Source: a virus. Taken from it: a stretch of DNA of 64,000 nucleotides. The number at the start of each line of letters is the position of its first letter. Position 1 is the first letter of the stretch. The position numbers were made by a program, and so were the translations under genes. Location of the stretch: IMG/VR virus record IMGVR_UViG_3300044984_001421, positions 1-64,000 of that record. The stretch is one strand, 5' to 3'. Below are positions 29,496 to 38,300 of this stretch, piece by piece. The notes under the pieces were generated by a model. It was given only the letters and a program-made list of their open reading frames with translations. It was not told the DNA's origin and did not search any database.

Positions 29496-30274
29496 ACGAA
29501 CATGCACCTGATACCGTGGATCGCATCCCGCAACGCGTCCAGCTTGTCATCGATGCCATCGTGCAACTTCTGGGTATCAACAGAAGTGCTCTGAGACAAC
29601 CCATCCGCAGAAATAGAACCAGACTGCGGGAAGAACATGCCGTCAATGATGCGCAGCAGCGCCATCTTCTTGATGACATCCAGCAGGTCCGGATAGTTGT
29701 TCACGGCATCAGTCAATCCAGCCGTATAGCGAATCCTGACCATGTGCGGAACAGATCGCCCGCCGCCAATGATCTGCATCAGGTGCATGGCAATCGGCGT
29801 CGCCATCGATGCGCCGGTCGGTACGATGCGAATTTGTCCGTATTTGCGATCCATGCGTATCCAGTCGGCGGCGATGTCGAACGGGTGCGATGCGACAGCG
29901 GGGAAAACCATCTGAATGCTTTGCACGGCGATGATCGGCTTCTGGCGAGTTACGATAAAGCCCCACTTGTCGTTCTGGAACATATCTGGCTCGTAGTCAT
30001 ACGCAGCCTCGACCAGATGTGGGACGGTCGTGGTGACCGGCTCCGGGCCATCGCTCACCGTAGTCAGCGCGGCTATTTCGTCATCTGTCGGGTCGCCAGC
30101 AAATATCTGCGTCGGCTCGAACAGCACGCGCAACTGACGCGACGCATCCGCCTCTGCGGCTTTGTACTGCGACCATAGGAAGCCCGCTTCATACGAACTT
30201 GGCATGGGCATAGCCATGCGGTTCAGAGAGGCTTGTAGCGCGGTTTCTGCATCAATTTGTGAAAGTAGCGGCAT
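29492..30274 (-). CDS. Head-tail adaptor-like protein
   Basis: Y.AG...S.SISADGLSQS motif; follows the head genes. Confidence 0.6.
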   Translation of the reverse strand: MPLLSQIDAETALQASLNRMAMPMPSSYEAGFLWSQYKAAEADASRQLRVLFEPTQIFAGDPTDDEIAALTTVSDGPEPVTTTVPHLVEAAYDYEPDMFQNDKWGFIVTRQKPIIAVQSIQMVFPAVASHPFDIAADWIRMDRKYGQIRIVPTGASMATPIAMHLMQIIGGGRSVPHMVRIRYTAGLTDAVNNYPDLLDVIKKMALLRIIDGMFFPQSGSISADGLSQSTSVDTQKLHDGIDDKLDALRDAIHGIRCMFV

Positions 30275-30300
30275 ACGAACATCCTTTCGTCACGACAAAC

Positions 30301-30329
30301 AAAAAGGGCCACCGAAGTGGCCCTTTTTT
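30301..30329. terminator. Bidirectional intrinsic terminator
   Basis: AAAAAGGGCCAC-CGAA-GTGGCCCTTTTT. Confidence 0.85.
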
Positions 30330-30342
30330 GTGAGCTTGCGGA

Positions 30343-30543
30343 TTAACGCTCGCTCAAGGTTTTGACGCTATGTGCCGACACAAACGTGGTCGCTGTAACG
30401 CCACCGTCCAGGTCAAGCTTCGCCATCGCAGCGTTGTGCGCCACGATCAGCTCGTCAATAACATCACCAAGCTTCACCTTTGCTGCTGTGGGAGACATTC
30501 TGTTCAGGTCAGATTTGAAATTGCGTTTCGGCATATCCATCAC
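30343..30543 (-). CDS. Small virion/head protein
   Basis: Coupled ORF downstream of the capsid gene. Confidence 0.5.
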   Translation of the reverse strand: MMDMPKRNFKSDLNRMSPTAAKVKLGDVIDELIVAHNAAMAKLDLDGGVTATTFVSAHSVKTLSER

Positions 30544-30728
30544 TCACCGCCTTTCTTTTTTGTGGCAGGCTTTTCTTCAACGGGTTCAAGCGTGTAGCCC
30601 GGTATTCCATTGAATTGAGCAGCCGCGTCATCTTCCATCACCGACTCAACGCCACCTTCAACGGATTCGAACTCGATGCCGTTGATGTTGGTGGACGCAT
30701 TCGGTAACTTGCATGTTACTTTGATCAT
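30540..30728 (-). CDS. Small virion/head protein
   Basis: AAAGGAG RBS; LPNAS..INGI.F motif. Confidence 0.55.
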   Translation of the reverse strand: MIKVTCKLPNASTNINGIEFESVEGGVESVMEDDAAAQFNGIPGYTLEPVEEKPATKKKGGE

Positions 30729-31672
30729 CTTTGATCTCCTTTGTTTGAGATGAACGCATTTATGACGTCACGACTGAATAACTCGGTGTTTCCGTTCTCC
30801 ATTATTGGCGGGCCTTGGTATTTGAGATGTGCAAAGTCGCGGTGGAATTGGCGCTCGGCAGCGCGAGCGTGTTCACCGCGAGTGAAGCGAACCTCATGGA
30901 CCACTTTTGCATTTATCCCGTCACCCAGGCCAAGCCCTTGCTTCCTGAGTTTTGCCGTCCGGTTCGTTATCCCGATCTTGCACAACACATCCCCACCAGG
31001 GAGGGTGAACTCCATGCAGTACAGGATGGCTGGCTTGTCGCCATCAAATCCGTATTTGCCAAGATCCATGTGCGCGCAGGCTTCTTCAAGGTAGCCATGC
31101 TCTATGGCGTGTTTGTAAGCGCCAGGACACCCGGAATGAAACAGGCTTCGTGTTACAAACTTTCTGGCGATCAAGAGAGCAGAAGTCTTATGCCAAGATG
31201 TTTTTGCATCCATGTGCCCAGATACAGCATCCATCAATCCGCTCCTCATCGCGTAGACGTATGCCGATACGTTTCCTCTTCTGAACGCCGCGCGAGTTGT
31301 GTACTTTCTCGCCTCATGCGTGATTTTTTCTAAATCCCATAGTGGGTATGTTGGTGCCATGTGAGCGCATGCTTCATCCAGGAATCCATTGTCCTTTGCA
31401 TGACAGTATGCCCCTGAACATTTACGCTTGAACTCACTTTTGCTTTTGTGTTTCAGCCCTTCCGTAAGCGCGGATGCCTTGTCCCAGCGAACATCCGAGT
31501 AAACCAAAGATATTTGCATGTGCGAGCAAATGCTATCCAGAATTCCGAGTCGCCATGCAAACATGTACGCTGACTGCGAGTGGCGAGCAAACTCAGAGCG
31601 GGCTGAGAACTTCATCGCCTCAAGGCTTGCTGACTCAATTGTGAATCGCTTCTTGCGTTTTTTCTTTTCCAT
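30725..31672 (-). CDS. GIY-YIG/T5orf172-like homing endonuclease with N-terminal tandem repeats
   Basis: Four ~48-aa repeats (A.K..R..F....AY..A...G.L...C.HM); C-terminal LY..KIGITN...R...E..H...G.TELF. Confidence 0.7.
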   Translation of the reverse strand: MEKKKRKKRFTIESASLEAMKFSARSEFARHSQSAYMFAWRLGILDSICSHMQISLVYSDVRWDKASALTEGLKHKSKSEFKRKCSGAYCHAKDNGFLDEACAHMAPTYPLWDLEKITHEARKYTTRAAFRRGNVSAYVYAMRSGLMDAVSGHMDAKTSWHKTSALLIARKFVTRSLFHSGCPGAYKHAIEHGYLEEACAHMDLGKYGFDGDKPAILYCMEFTLPGGDVLCKIGITNRTAKLRKQGLGLGDGINAKVVHEVRFTRGEHARAAERQFHRDFAHLKYQGPPIMENGNTELFSRDVINAFISNKGDQR

Positions 31673-31682
31673 CTCGTCACCA

Positions 31683-31710
31683 AAACAAAACTGGCCGGAT
31701 AGCCGGCCAG
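31683..31710 (-). terminator. Terminator after capsid gene
   Basis: ACTGGCCGG/CCGGCCAGT hairpin followed by TTTTGTTTT on the minus strand. Confidence 0.7.
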
Positions 31711-31740
31711 TGATGTGAGCATACTTCTAGTGCGTTAAGG

Positions 31741-33183
31741 TCAGAACGGACGCCAAGCTGAGCCTGTTGGCACAATATTGGTGATCAGGACATGCTGACG
31801 ACGCTTGGTGATGCGCAGGTAACCGCACACCATTTGCAGCCAGGGGATGATCGGGCTACGAACCGCTGCCATCGGGATCTTCATCATCGGCAGGAACTGC
31901 TTCCAGGAGATGGCGTGATCCGATGTGTTCATGTTCAACACATAGGCGGTCGTGGTTCCGGGAATGTCCAGGTTTTCATCAACCACGACGGTGGTCGCAC
32001 CAGCCTTGGCAACGCGGGTCATTTCGCGGAAGTCAGTAACAGCATTCGTGCCGTTCAGACGCGAGCGATAGATCACGTAACCAGTCTCAGTGCCGCCAGG
32101 AGACGCAGTGATGGTCAGGGTGCATTTCTGCGCCGTTGCAATCGCCTGCTGGGCAGTGATCACGCCGGTGGATTGACCCTTGGCATTGATGCCGGTAACC
32201 AAGTAGTAGTAGTTGCCAGCTTGGCCGGCAGCGAACTTGTTGGCAGTGGTGCCAGCAGCAACAGCGAGCGTGCAACTTGCAGGCTTGAAGATGTTGTTGT
32301 TTGCGGCAGTGGCGGAATACTTCACCTCGAAAGGCTTCTGCAGGCGCTCGTCACGGATGAAGACGTCCTGGTTGGTGGCAATCGCACCGTAGGAAGTCTG
32401 AATGGCGCGCACATGAGTGCCGAGGGATACGCTGTTCGGCGTATTGTCCAAGGCGACACGGAAGGCCGGGTCGAGCTTCGAATTCAGGTCGGTCTGAACG
32501 CTGGTCGAACAGAAGATGTCGGTCGGTGTGCCGAAGTTGTCGATACCGAAGATGGTCTCGGCAGCCTTGGCAATCGGCTCAACGGAATCCAAGGCAGCGC
32601 CGCGCATGTCGATGACATGATCGGTGGAGCCAAGACCCTTGATCTGAGTGCGAACGCCGTTGAACTCGGTCGGAACGATGATGTCGTTGCCTTCCCAGCA
32701 CAGGTATTCGATGTCGGTCAGCAGTTGCTTCGCGCCGTTGCTGGCTTCCATGGCCTGGGCATCCACGATGTTGTTCTGGTGTTGCAGAACAATCGGGATT
32801 TTCCGGTAGGTGGACAGGTACTTGACCTTTCCAACCATGCGAGCGTAGTCGCCATTCGCCTCTTCAGCGTCGCCGTCTTCGGTGTTTGTCGTGCCACCCA
32901 AGAATCCGCCGACAGAATACTGTTCGGTCCATTCATCGATGGTCGCGGTTGCGCCAGGCTTCTGCAGTTTGTTGAACAGGACGAAATGCTTGTTGTCCTG
33001 AACGGTTGCCTGCATCGTGGTATCCAGAGACTGGATACGCAGCGCGCCGCCACCAGTCAAAGATGCAACGTCAGTGCCGTAGCCAGCGGTAAGGGATTTC
33101 TGCAGTTCGGCAAGCTCTTGCATGCCGATCTCGCCGCCCATGGTCTGGCCGGCTCCCGGATTGTTCATCAAATTGTCGAGCAT
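31741..33183 (-). CDS. Major capsid protein (Twort/K-like N-terminus)
   Basis: ELQKSLTAGYGTD...GGALRIQSLD resembles Herelleviridae-type capsid N-termini; EFNG motif. Confidence 0.88.
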   Translation of the reverse strand: MLDNLMNNPGAGQTMGGEIGMQELAELQKSLTAGYGTDVASLTGGGALRIQSLDTTMQATVQDNKHFVLFNKLQKPGATATIDEWTEQYSVGGFLGGTTNTEDGDAEEANGDYARMVGKVKYLSTYRKIPIVLQHQNNIVDAQAMEASNGAKQLLTDIEYLCWEGNDIIVPTEFNGVRTQIKGLGSTDHVIDMRGAALDSVEPIAKAAETIFGIDNFGTPTDIFCSTSVQTDLNSKLDPAFRVALDNTPNSVSLGTHVRAIQTSYGAIATNQDVFIRDERLQKPFEVKYSATAANNNIFKPASCTLAVAAGTTANKFAAGQAGNYYYLVTGINAKGQSTGVITAQQAIATAQKCTLTITASPGGTETGYVIYRSRLNGTNAVTDFREMTRVAKAGATTVVVDENLDIPGTTTAYVLNMNTSDHAISWKQFLPMMKIPMAAVRSPIIPWLQMVCGYLRITKRRQHVLITNIVPTGSAWRPF

Positions 33184-33214
33184 AATGTCTCCTGATAACT
33201 CGGTTTATGAAAAT

Positions 33215-33835
33215 TTACTCGGGGAGCCGAGCAAGAATGTCGCCGGGAACGGTCAGACCGTTCTCGACAGCAACGTTGGCGCGGGCGACATCGAGTGCAG
33301 TGATGCTTCCGGCCTTTTGTGCGGTAAGACACTTCGCCATCAGGTCGCCGCTGGTAGGCTGCGGGTCTTCGGATTTGGCAAGCGTCGATGTCTTCTCGGA
33401 GATGGTCAGAACAGTCTTGCGACCACGACCTTCGCCACTCAGATCGCTCACACTCTTCTTGAGCGATGCGATCTCGGCGGTTTGAGACTTGAGCATGTCG
33501 GCAATCAAGCCGAGAGACTTACCAAGGTGCTCGCGGTTTTCAGCGTCAGTGGACTCAATGCCATCCATGCGCGCAGTCATCGACTTGATCAGCGCAGTTG
33601 CGTCGTAGGCGCGGACCTTCTCACCATCGCGTTCCATGCTGTAGCTTTTGCCGAGAACCTCGTCTTCACCTTCGGCATCGCCGTCAGTGTCGCCGTCAGT
33701 ATCGCCGTCGCCGTCCTTGTCTTCATCTTCGTCAACGCCTGCAGCGTTGGCGATTTTCTCGTCTGTTTCTTTGCCTTCGTCTTGCGACTTAGCAAGCAGT
33801 TCGAGGTCTTGGGCCAGCTTGTCGAATTCGCTCAT
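33215..33835 (-). CDS. Scaffold protein
   Basis: Acidic, with several L[AG]KS sites; between protease and capsid genes. Confidence 0.7.
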   Translation of the reverse strand: MSEFDKLAQDLELLAKSQDEGKETDEKIANAAGVDEDEDKDGDGDTDGDTDGDAEGEDEVLGKSYSMERDGEKVRAYDATALIKSMTARMDGIESTDAENREHLGKSLGLIADMLKSQTAEIASLKKSVSDLSGEGRGRKTVLTISEKTSTLAKSEDPQPTSGDLMAKCLTAQKAGSITALDVARANVAVENGLTVPGDILARLPE

Positions 33836-34677
33836 TTGCGTCTCCATGTTTTCAAATCATTAAGGAACCGCTCGACCATCTTTTTCGCCTCTGTCGCATC
33901 CATCCCGAACGTGTCAGAGACGAACTTAGTGAGCGAAGCAGGGTCGCGCTTGGGGAGAATGCTGCTGTCACGACTACGCAACATGCCAGCAAGCTTGTTG
34001 CGGAATACGTTGTAAACACCGTCATCGAGTGACTGCGCACGCAGCGCACCGCCGCCCGTCAGCGTCGCGGAATCGGTGCCGTAGCCAGCCTCAAGACCTT
34101 TCAGGACGAAAGCGTTCATGGACTTGGCGAAGACACCGAATGGCGATGTCGAGACGTTTGGAATGTGCTGGTTGACCGGCGTGCGAGACAGCGCGACGTT
34201 TGACCATCTCACCTTTTCCACACAGGTGACCGCGTTCTTGGTTTCAGGATCAATCCGGGTGGACTTCGCCAGGACAGAGCCACCGACAGACGGATACCAG
34301 CGCGCAGGCGGCGAAAGCTCGGTGAGCGACGCCCATACCATGTTCGCGTTTGCAGCCAGGGCTGTGTCACCCTTGTAGAGTTGCGCCTTGACGAAGGTCG
34401 TCTTGTCGTTGATCACGACATCGGTCGGCATGCCGATTTCATAGTTCTCCGGATTGGCGATTCCAGAACCGGTGCGCTTGCCGAGGATGGTCAGGTGGTC
34501 AAGGTCGACGTTGCCGTACTTCTTGTAGAACTCGGCAGACTCGGCCAGCGCTTTCGACAGCACGCGCTCGCCTTGCTGGTCGATGCCTTCATTGCTGGCT
34601 TCAAAGAAGACGAAGCGCTCGCCGCCAATTTCATGCGGCGTCGCCTTGAGAAAGTCGAAGGCAATGAAGTCGTTCAT
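33832..34677 (-). CDS. Prohead protease
   Basis: EASNE..D.QGE; G.VD.DH; SVGG; NVALS..PVN. Confidence 0.8.
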   Translation of the reverse strand: MNDFIAFDFLKATPHEIGGERFVFFEASNEGIDQQGERVLSKALAESAEFYKKYGNVDLDHLTILGKRTGSGIANPENYEIGMPTDVVINDKTTFVKAQLYKGDTALAANANMVWASLTELSPPARWYPSVGGSVLAKSTRIDPETKNAVTCVEKVRWSNVALSRTPVNQHIPNVSTSPFGVFAKSMNAFVLKGLEAGYGTDSATLTGGGALRAQSLDDGVYNVFRNKLAGMLRSRDSSILPKRDPASLTKFVSDTFGMDATEAKKMVERFLNDLKTWRRK

Positions 34678-35309
34678 TATTTACCACCAGCCTTGTCATA
34701 GGCTTCTTTGACCATCTTTGTTTCAGAGCCAAATTTCGGATTGGCGTGATGGATCGTGAGTTCGTTGTTCTTGAATGTGGCGACATGCCCGTCCTGGTGG
34801 ACCATGACGTCATGCTTGTCGCCATCCATAAAGCCCATCTTTCCCTTGTGGACGCGCCAGCCTTGATCTCCCATGGCATCCATGGTGTCGACGTGCCGAC
34901 CGCCGCCAGTCCGCATCGTGACGACTGTCTTTCCGTCAGCCCCAGACTTCGAATGAACCCACCCAGCATCCTCTGCTTCATTGCCACCTGTCAGGCGGCT
35001 TTGAAGGTCAGAAACAGCCTTCGGAGGGGTGATCGAGTTGCCTTCAGGCTTTTTCGCTATGTGGCTTGACGAATCTTTTCCGCCATTGGCAAAAATGTAA
35101 TTGCCGACGTGGTTGGTGCCAGACCAGGCATGAACAACGCCTTTCTTCGCATCCTTTTTGAAGTCGACGTTTCCGTGAACGGACTTGACTCCGGATACCC
35201 ATTCGTCATGAGACATCTTCGTGCGTTTGTCGTCGTGAGCCTGAACGACAGCGCCATCCTTCCGGGTGTACGCATCGATATGGCTCTTGAGTAGGGTGAA
35301 CTGATTCAT
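34677..35309 (-). CDS. Putative internal virion protein with LLKSH-RKDG tag
   Basis: Starts MNQFTLLKSHIDAYTRKDGAVVQAHDDKR. Confidence 0.65.
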   Translation of the reverse strand: MNQFTLLKSHIDAYTRKDGAVVQAHDDKRTKMSHDEWVSGVKSVHGNVDFKKDAKKGVVHAWSGTNHVGNYIFANGGKDSSSHIAKKPEGNSITPPKAVSDLQSRLTGGNEAEDAGWVHSKSGADGKTVVTMRTGGGRHVDTMDAMGDQGWRVHKGKMGFMDGDKHDVMVHQDGHVATFKNNELTIHHANPKFGSETKMVKEAYDKAGGK

Positions 35310-35348
35310 GCACGGCTCCTGAATATGGAGCCAGCATTGCGTCACGAC

Positions 35349-38300
35349 TTAGAACATGGATGCCTGCGGCTGATCAGTCTTTGGCTTGATGAAAGACGCA
35401 ATCCCTGTGTCGTCCAGCCCATCCATCGGGTCGGTCATAAACTCGCGCAGCATGTGCTTCTTCGCCAGGCGGTCGCGCGCAGCCTTCTCGGATTTGTGAT
35501 TGGCAACAACATCCAGCAATTCGACGTTGTTCTTCTGTCCGAGCCGGTGGATTCGCGCATTGCGCTGACCGTGGACCATGGCGGTATTCGGCGAGTCGTG
35601 CTGGATAAGCCAATTTCCGCGCTGGAGGTTGAGTCCAACGGCTGCCGCGTCAGACGCGACCATGATGTCCGCCGATGCTTCTCCGCTCTCCGGGTTGAAC
35701 TGCTTGCGCTTGGCATCCTTGTCCTGCGCCGAGTCAGATCCGGTGATGGTGACGACGCGATGGCCGGCAGCCTTCAGGCGCTTCTCGATTTCAGCAACGG
35801 CAGCGCGACTGTGCGCGAACACAACGCCGGGCTTGCCTTTGCGCGCGCCGACCAGTTCCATGACCTTGTCGATCTTGGCGTTATCCGGGTGAGTGTTGAT
35901 GATGCGCGATGCGGCGGATTCCTTGATGATGCCAAGCGACTCCTGGATGTTCTTGGCGATCGCTTCGTGCTGTTCTTCCGGTACCCCGTCGAAGGAGTCC
36001 GGGCTGATCGCCTTGCAGGATGCGACATCGACCTTGCCGGCCGTTTTTGCCGCCTTGGCTTTCGACATCGACTTGTCGAGCGCAGCAAGTGCTGACTTCT
36101 GGCCGGCAGACAGTTCGACTTGATGGACTTCATGCTGCGCGTCGACGTCTGGCGCGATAGTGTTTGAGATTACGTGGCGGGCCATTTCGCGCTTTAGCGC
36201 AGCCTTTGCAGCAATGGTGTCGCCGCCGTACTTGCGCATGAATGCTGCGCGGTCTCCGTAACGCTCGCGGTCCATTTTCGCCATGACGTCGTGAATTTCA
36301 GAACTGTCGTTCTTGATCGGATCGCCAGATCCGTAGACGTGGTATTCGGCATTATCAGAGACGGCATCGATCACGTTCGACCGAGCAGAATTCTCCTTTC
36401 CGGCACGATTTACGATCTGGTGCGCTTCATCGACCATGGTAGCGTCGAAGTTCATGCCTTCCTTGTCCATCACTTCCTTGGCCCAGGTCTTGCGCTCGGC
36501 CGGCGTCATGGCAGACAGCTTGGCGTTCATTTCTGACTCGGTGATGCCGGCGTGCTTGGCACCCAGGTGCTGCATGTCGGCGCGGAACGATTCGTGCGTC
36601 ATCACCGCGAAGTGATGGTCCGGATTCTTGTAGGCGGCAATCCGCTCTGCCTGCGACGCGCCCGGCTGACAGTGCCAGTTGAACTTGCCAGGCTCCAGGT
36701 AGCGCAGAGCCTCGCCGCCAAATTGCCCCTGGACGACAGAAGGCACCAGCATCAGCGCCCGCTTGATCTTGCCGGTTTCGTGCAAGTGCGAGAACGCGCC
36801 CAGGTAGATGCCGGTCTTTCCGGAGCCGGCACCGTAGGACAGAACCGTCCGCTTGTTGGCTTCGATGTGCTTGATGGCACGCTGCTGCGGCGTGTACTTG
36901 TCGTTCATCGACGGCTGCCACAGCTTCGTCGGATGCCCTGGTTTGAAGTTCTTCCCGACCACCGACATCATGCCGGCGATCTGCTGCTCGGCGGCATGGC
37001 CCAGCGTGTGGCGTTCGTCGGCCCCCAGCGGAACCTTTTTCCCGGCGTCAGGAAGATGGTCTTCTTCGGTCGAGAAGAAACCCATCTGCGACTGTTCGAA
37101 TGCCGCCTTGGCTTCCTGCTGCGCCTCGATCTTGTCTGCAACAGATCCTGATGAGTACTTGCCACCGGCACGCTCGCGCAGAGAATCCACCAGCGCGCGA
37201 TGCGATTCCTCACGCTTGGCACGTGCGGCAGGATCGACTGCATCCAGGTGGTTCAAGTTGCCAGCGATAACCGTCTTGCCGACCTTGAGCGGGTTCTTCT
37301 TGTTGAGCGTGTTGTGGACTTCTGCAAACTTGCTGACAACATGGGAGCGGACCAAGTCCTGCACCGACTTGATGGCATTCTCCGGGCTGCCCATGATGCC
37401 GACGTACTTGTTCCAGTCCAGGCCGGAAGAACCAGCAACCTGCGACAGTTCGTCACGCTTGGCATTCCAGGCTGACCACTCCGGCGTCGTGGACGTCTCG
37501 CCGAACATATCGACGGATTCCTTCTCCGGCTCGTTGGCAAGGTGCGCCTCATGTTCGTCGCGCGCCGCCTTGCCGGCTTCGTCCACTTTCGCCAGATTCT
37601 CGTTGAACCACTTCCGGAGTCCAGTGCGCTCCTGCGCAGACAGGTCGCCGATGGGCTTGAACGCTGCGACACCTTCCGGCGTTTCAGACAGCGCACGATG
37701 CAAAGCATCGACGGATTTCTGGTTGATCTCGATCTTCTGCCGATGCAGCGGAGAGCGGTCGCCGCCCATCTTCCCAACATAGTCGTCGGCCATTTTCTCG
37801 AACTCGCCAGCCAGGCTCTCGACCGGGCGCATCTTGCCGTCTTCACTCTTGAGCGGAGCAACAGAGTCGAGCGCAGCACGGTAGGCTTCAGGGTCGCCAG
37901 ACTTGGCATGGAAGTCGCCAGACTGGATATCGGCCAGGATGTCTGCGGGTGAATCGCCGTCTGCCGCGCGCCCGCCGATGTAGTCGCGGAGCGATTGCGC
38001 CAGGTCAGCGCCAGGCTTGAACGGTTGCGCCAGGCGTTCAGCGACGCCAGGCTCTGCCTTCATCGCAAGATCCGGCCGGTTGGCAAAGCCCTTCGGCAGC
38101 CAGCCGTCCTCGTCATGCTTTCCGGAGATGATGTCCATGTTCCGGCTGATCTGCTTCATGCCTTCGACATCAACAGGCGCAGCAAGTCGGTCCAGACCTT
38201 CACCGGTAATCGTGGTGACAAGGTTCCCGTTCACTGATTCCAGCTTGTAGTCGCCAGACTTCAGACCGAGCGCGTGCAGTTTGGTAATCGCCGACTTCGG

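Noticed and set aside
24833-33195. Long antisense ORFs (e.g. 24833-26029, 31792-33195)
   Set aside because: Shadow frames of GC-rich structural genes with no RBS or motifs.
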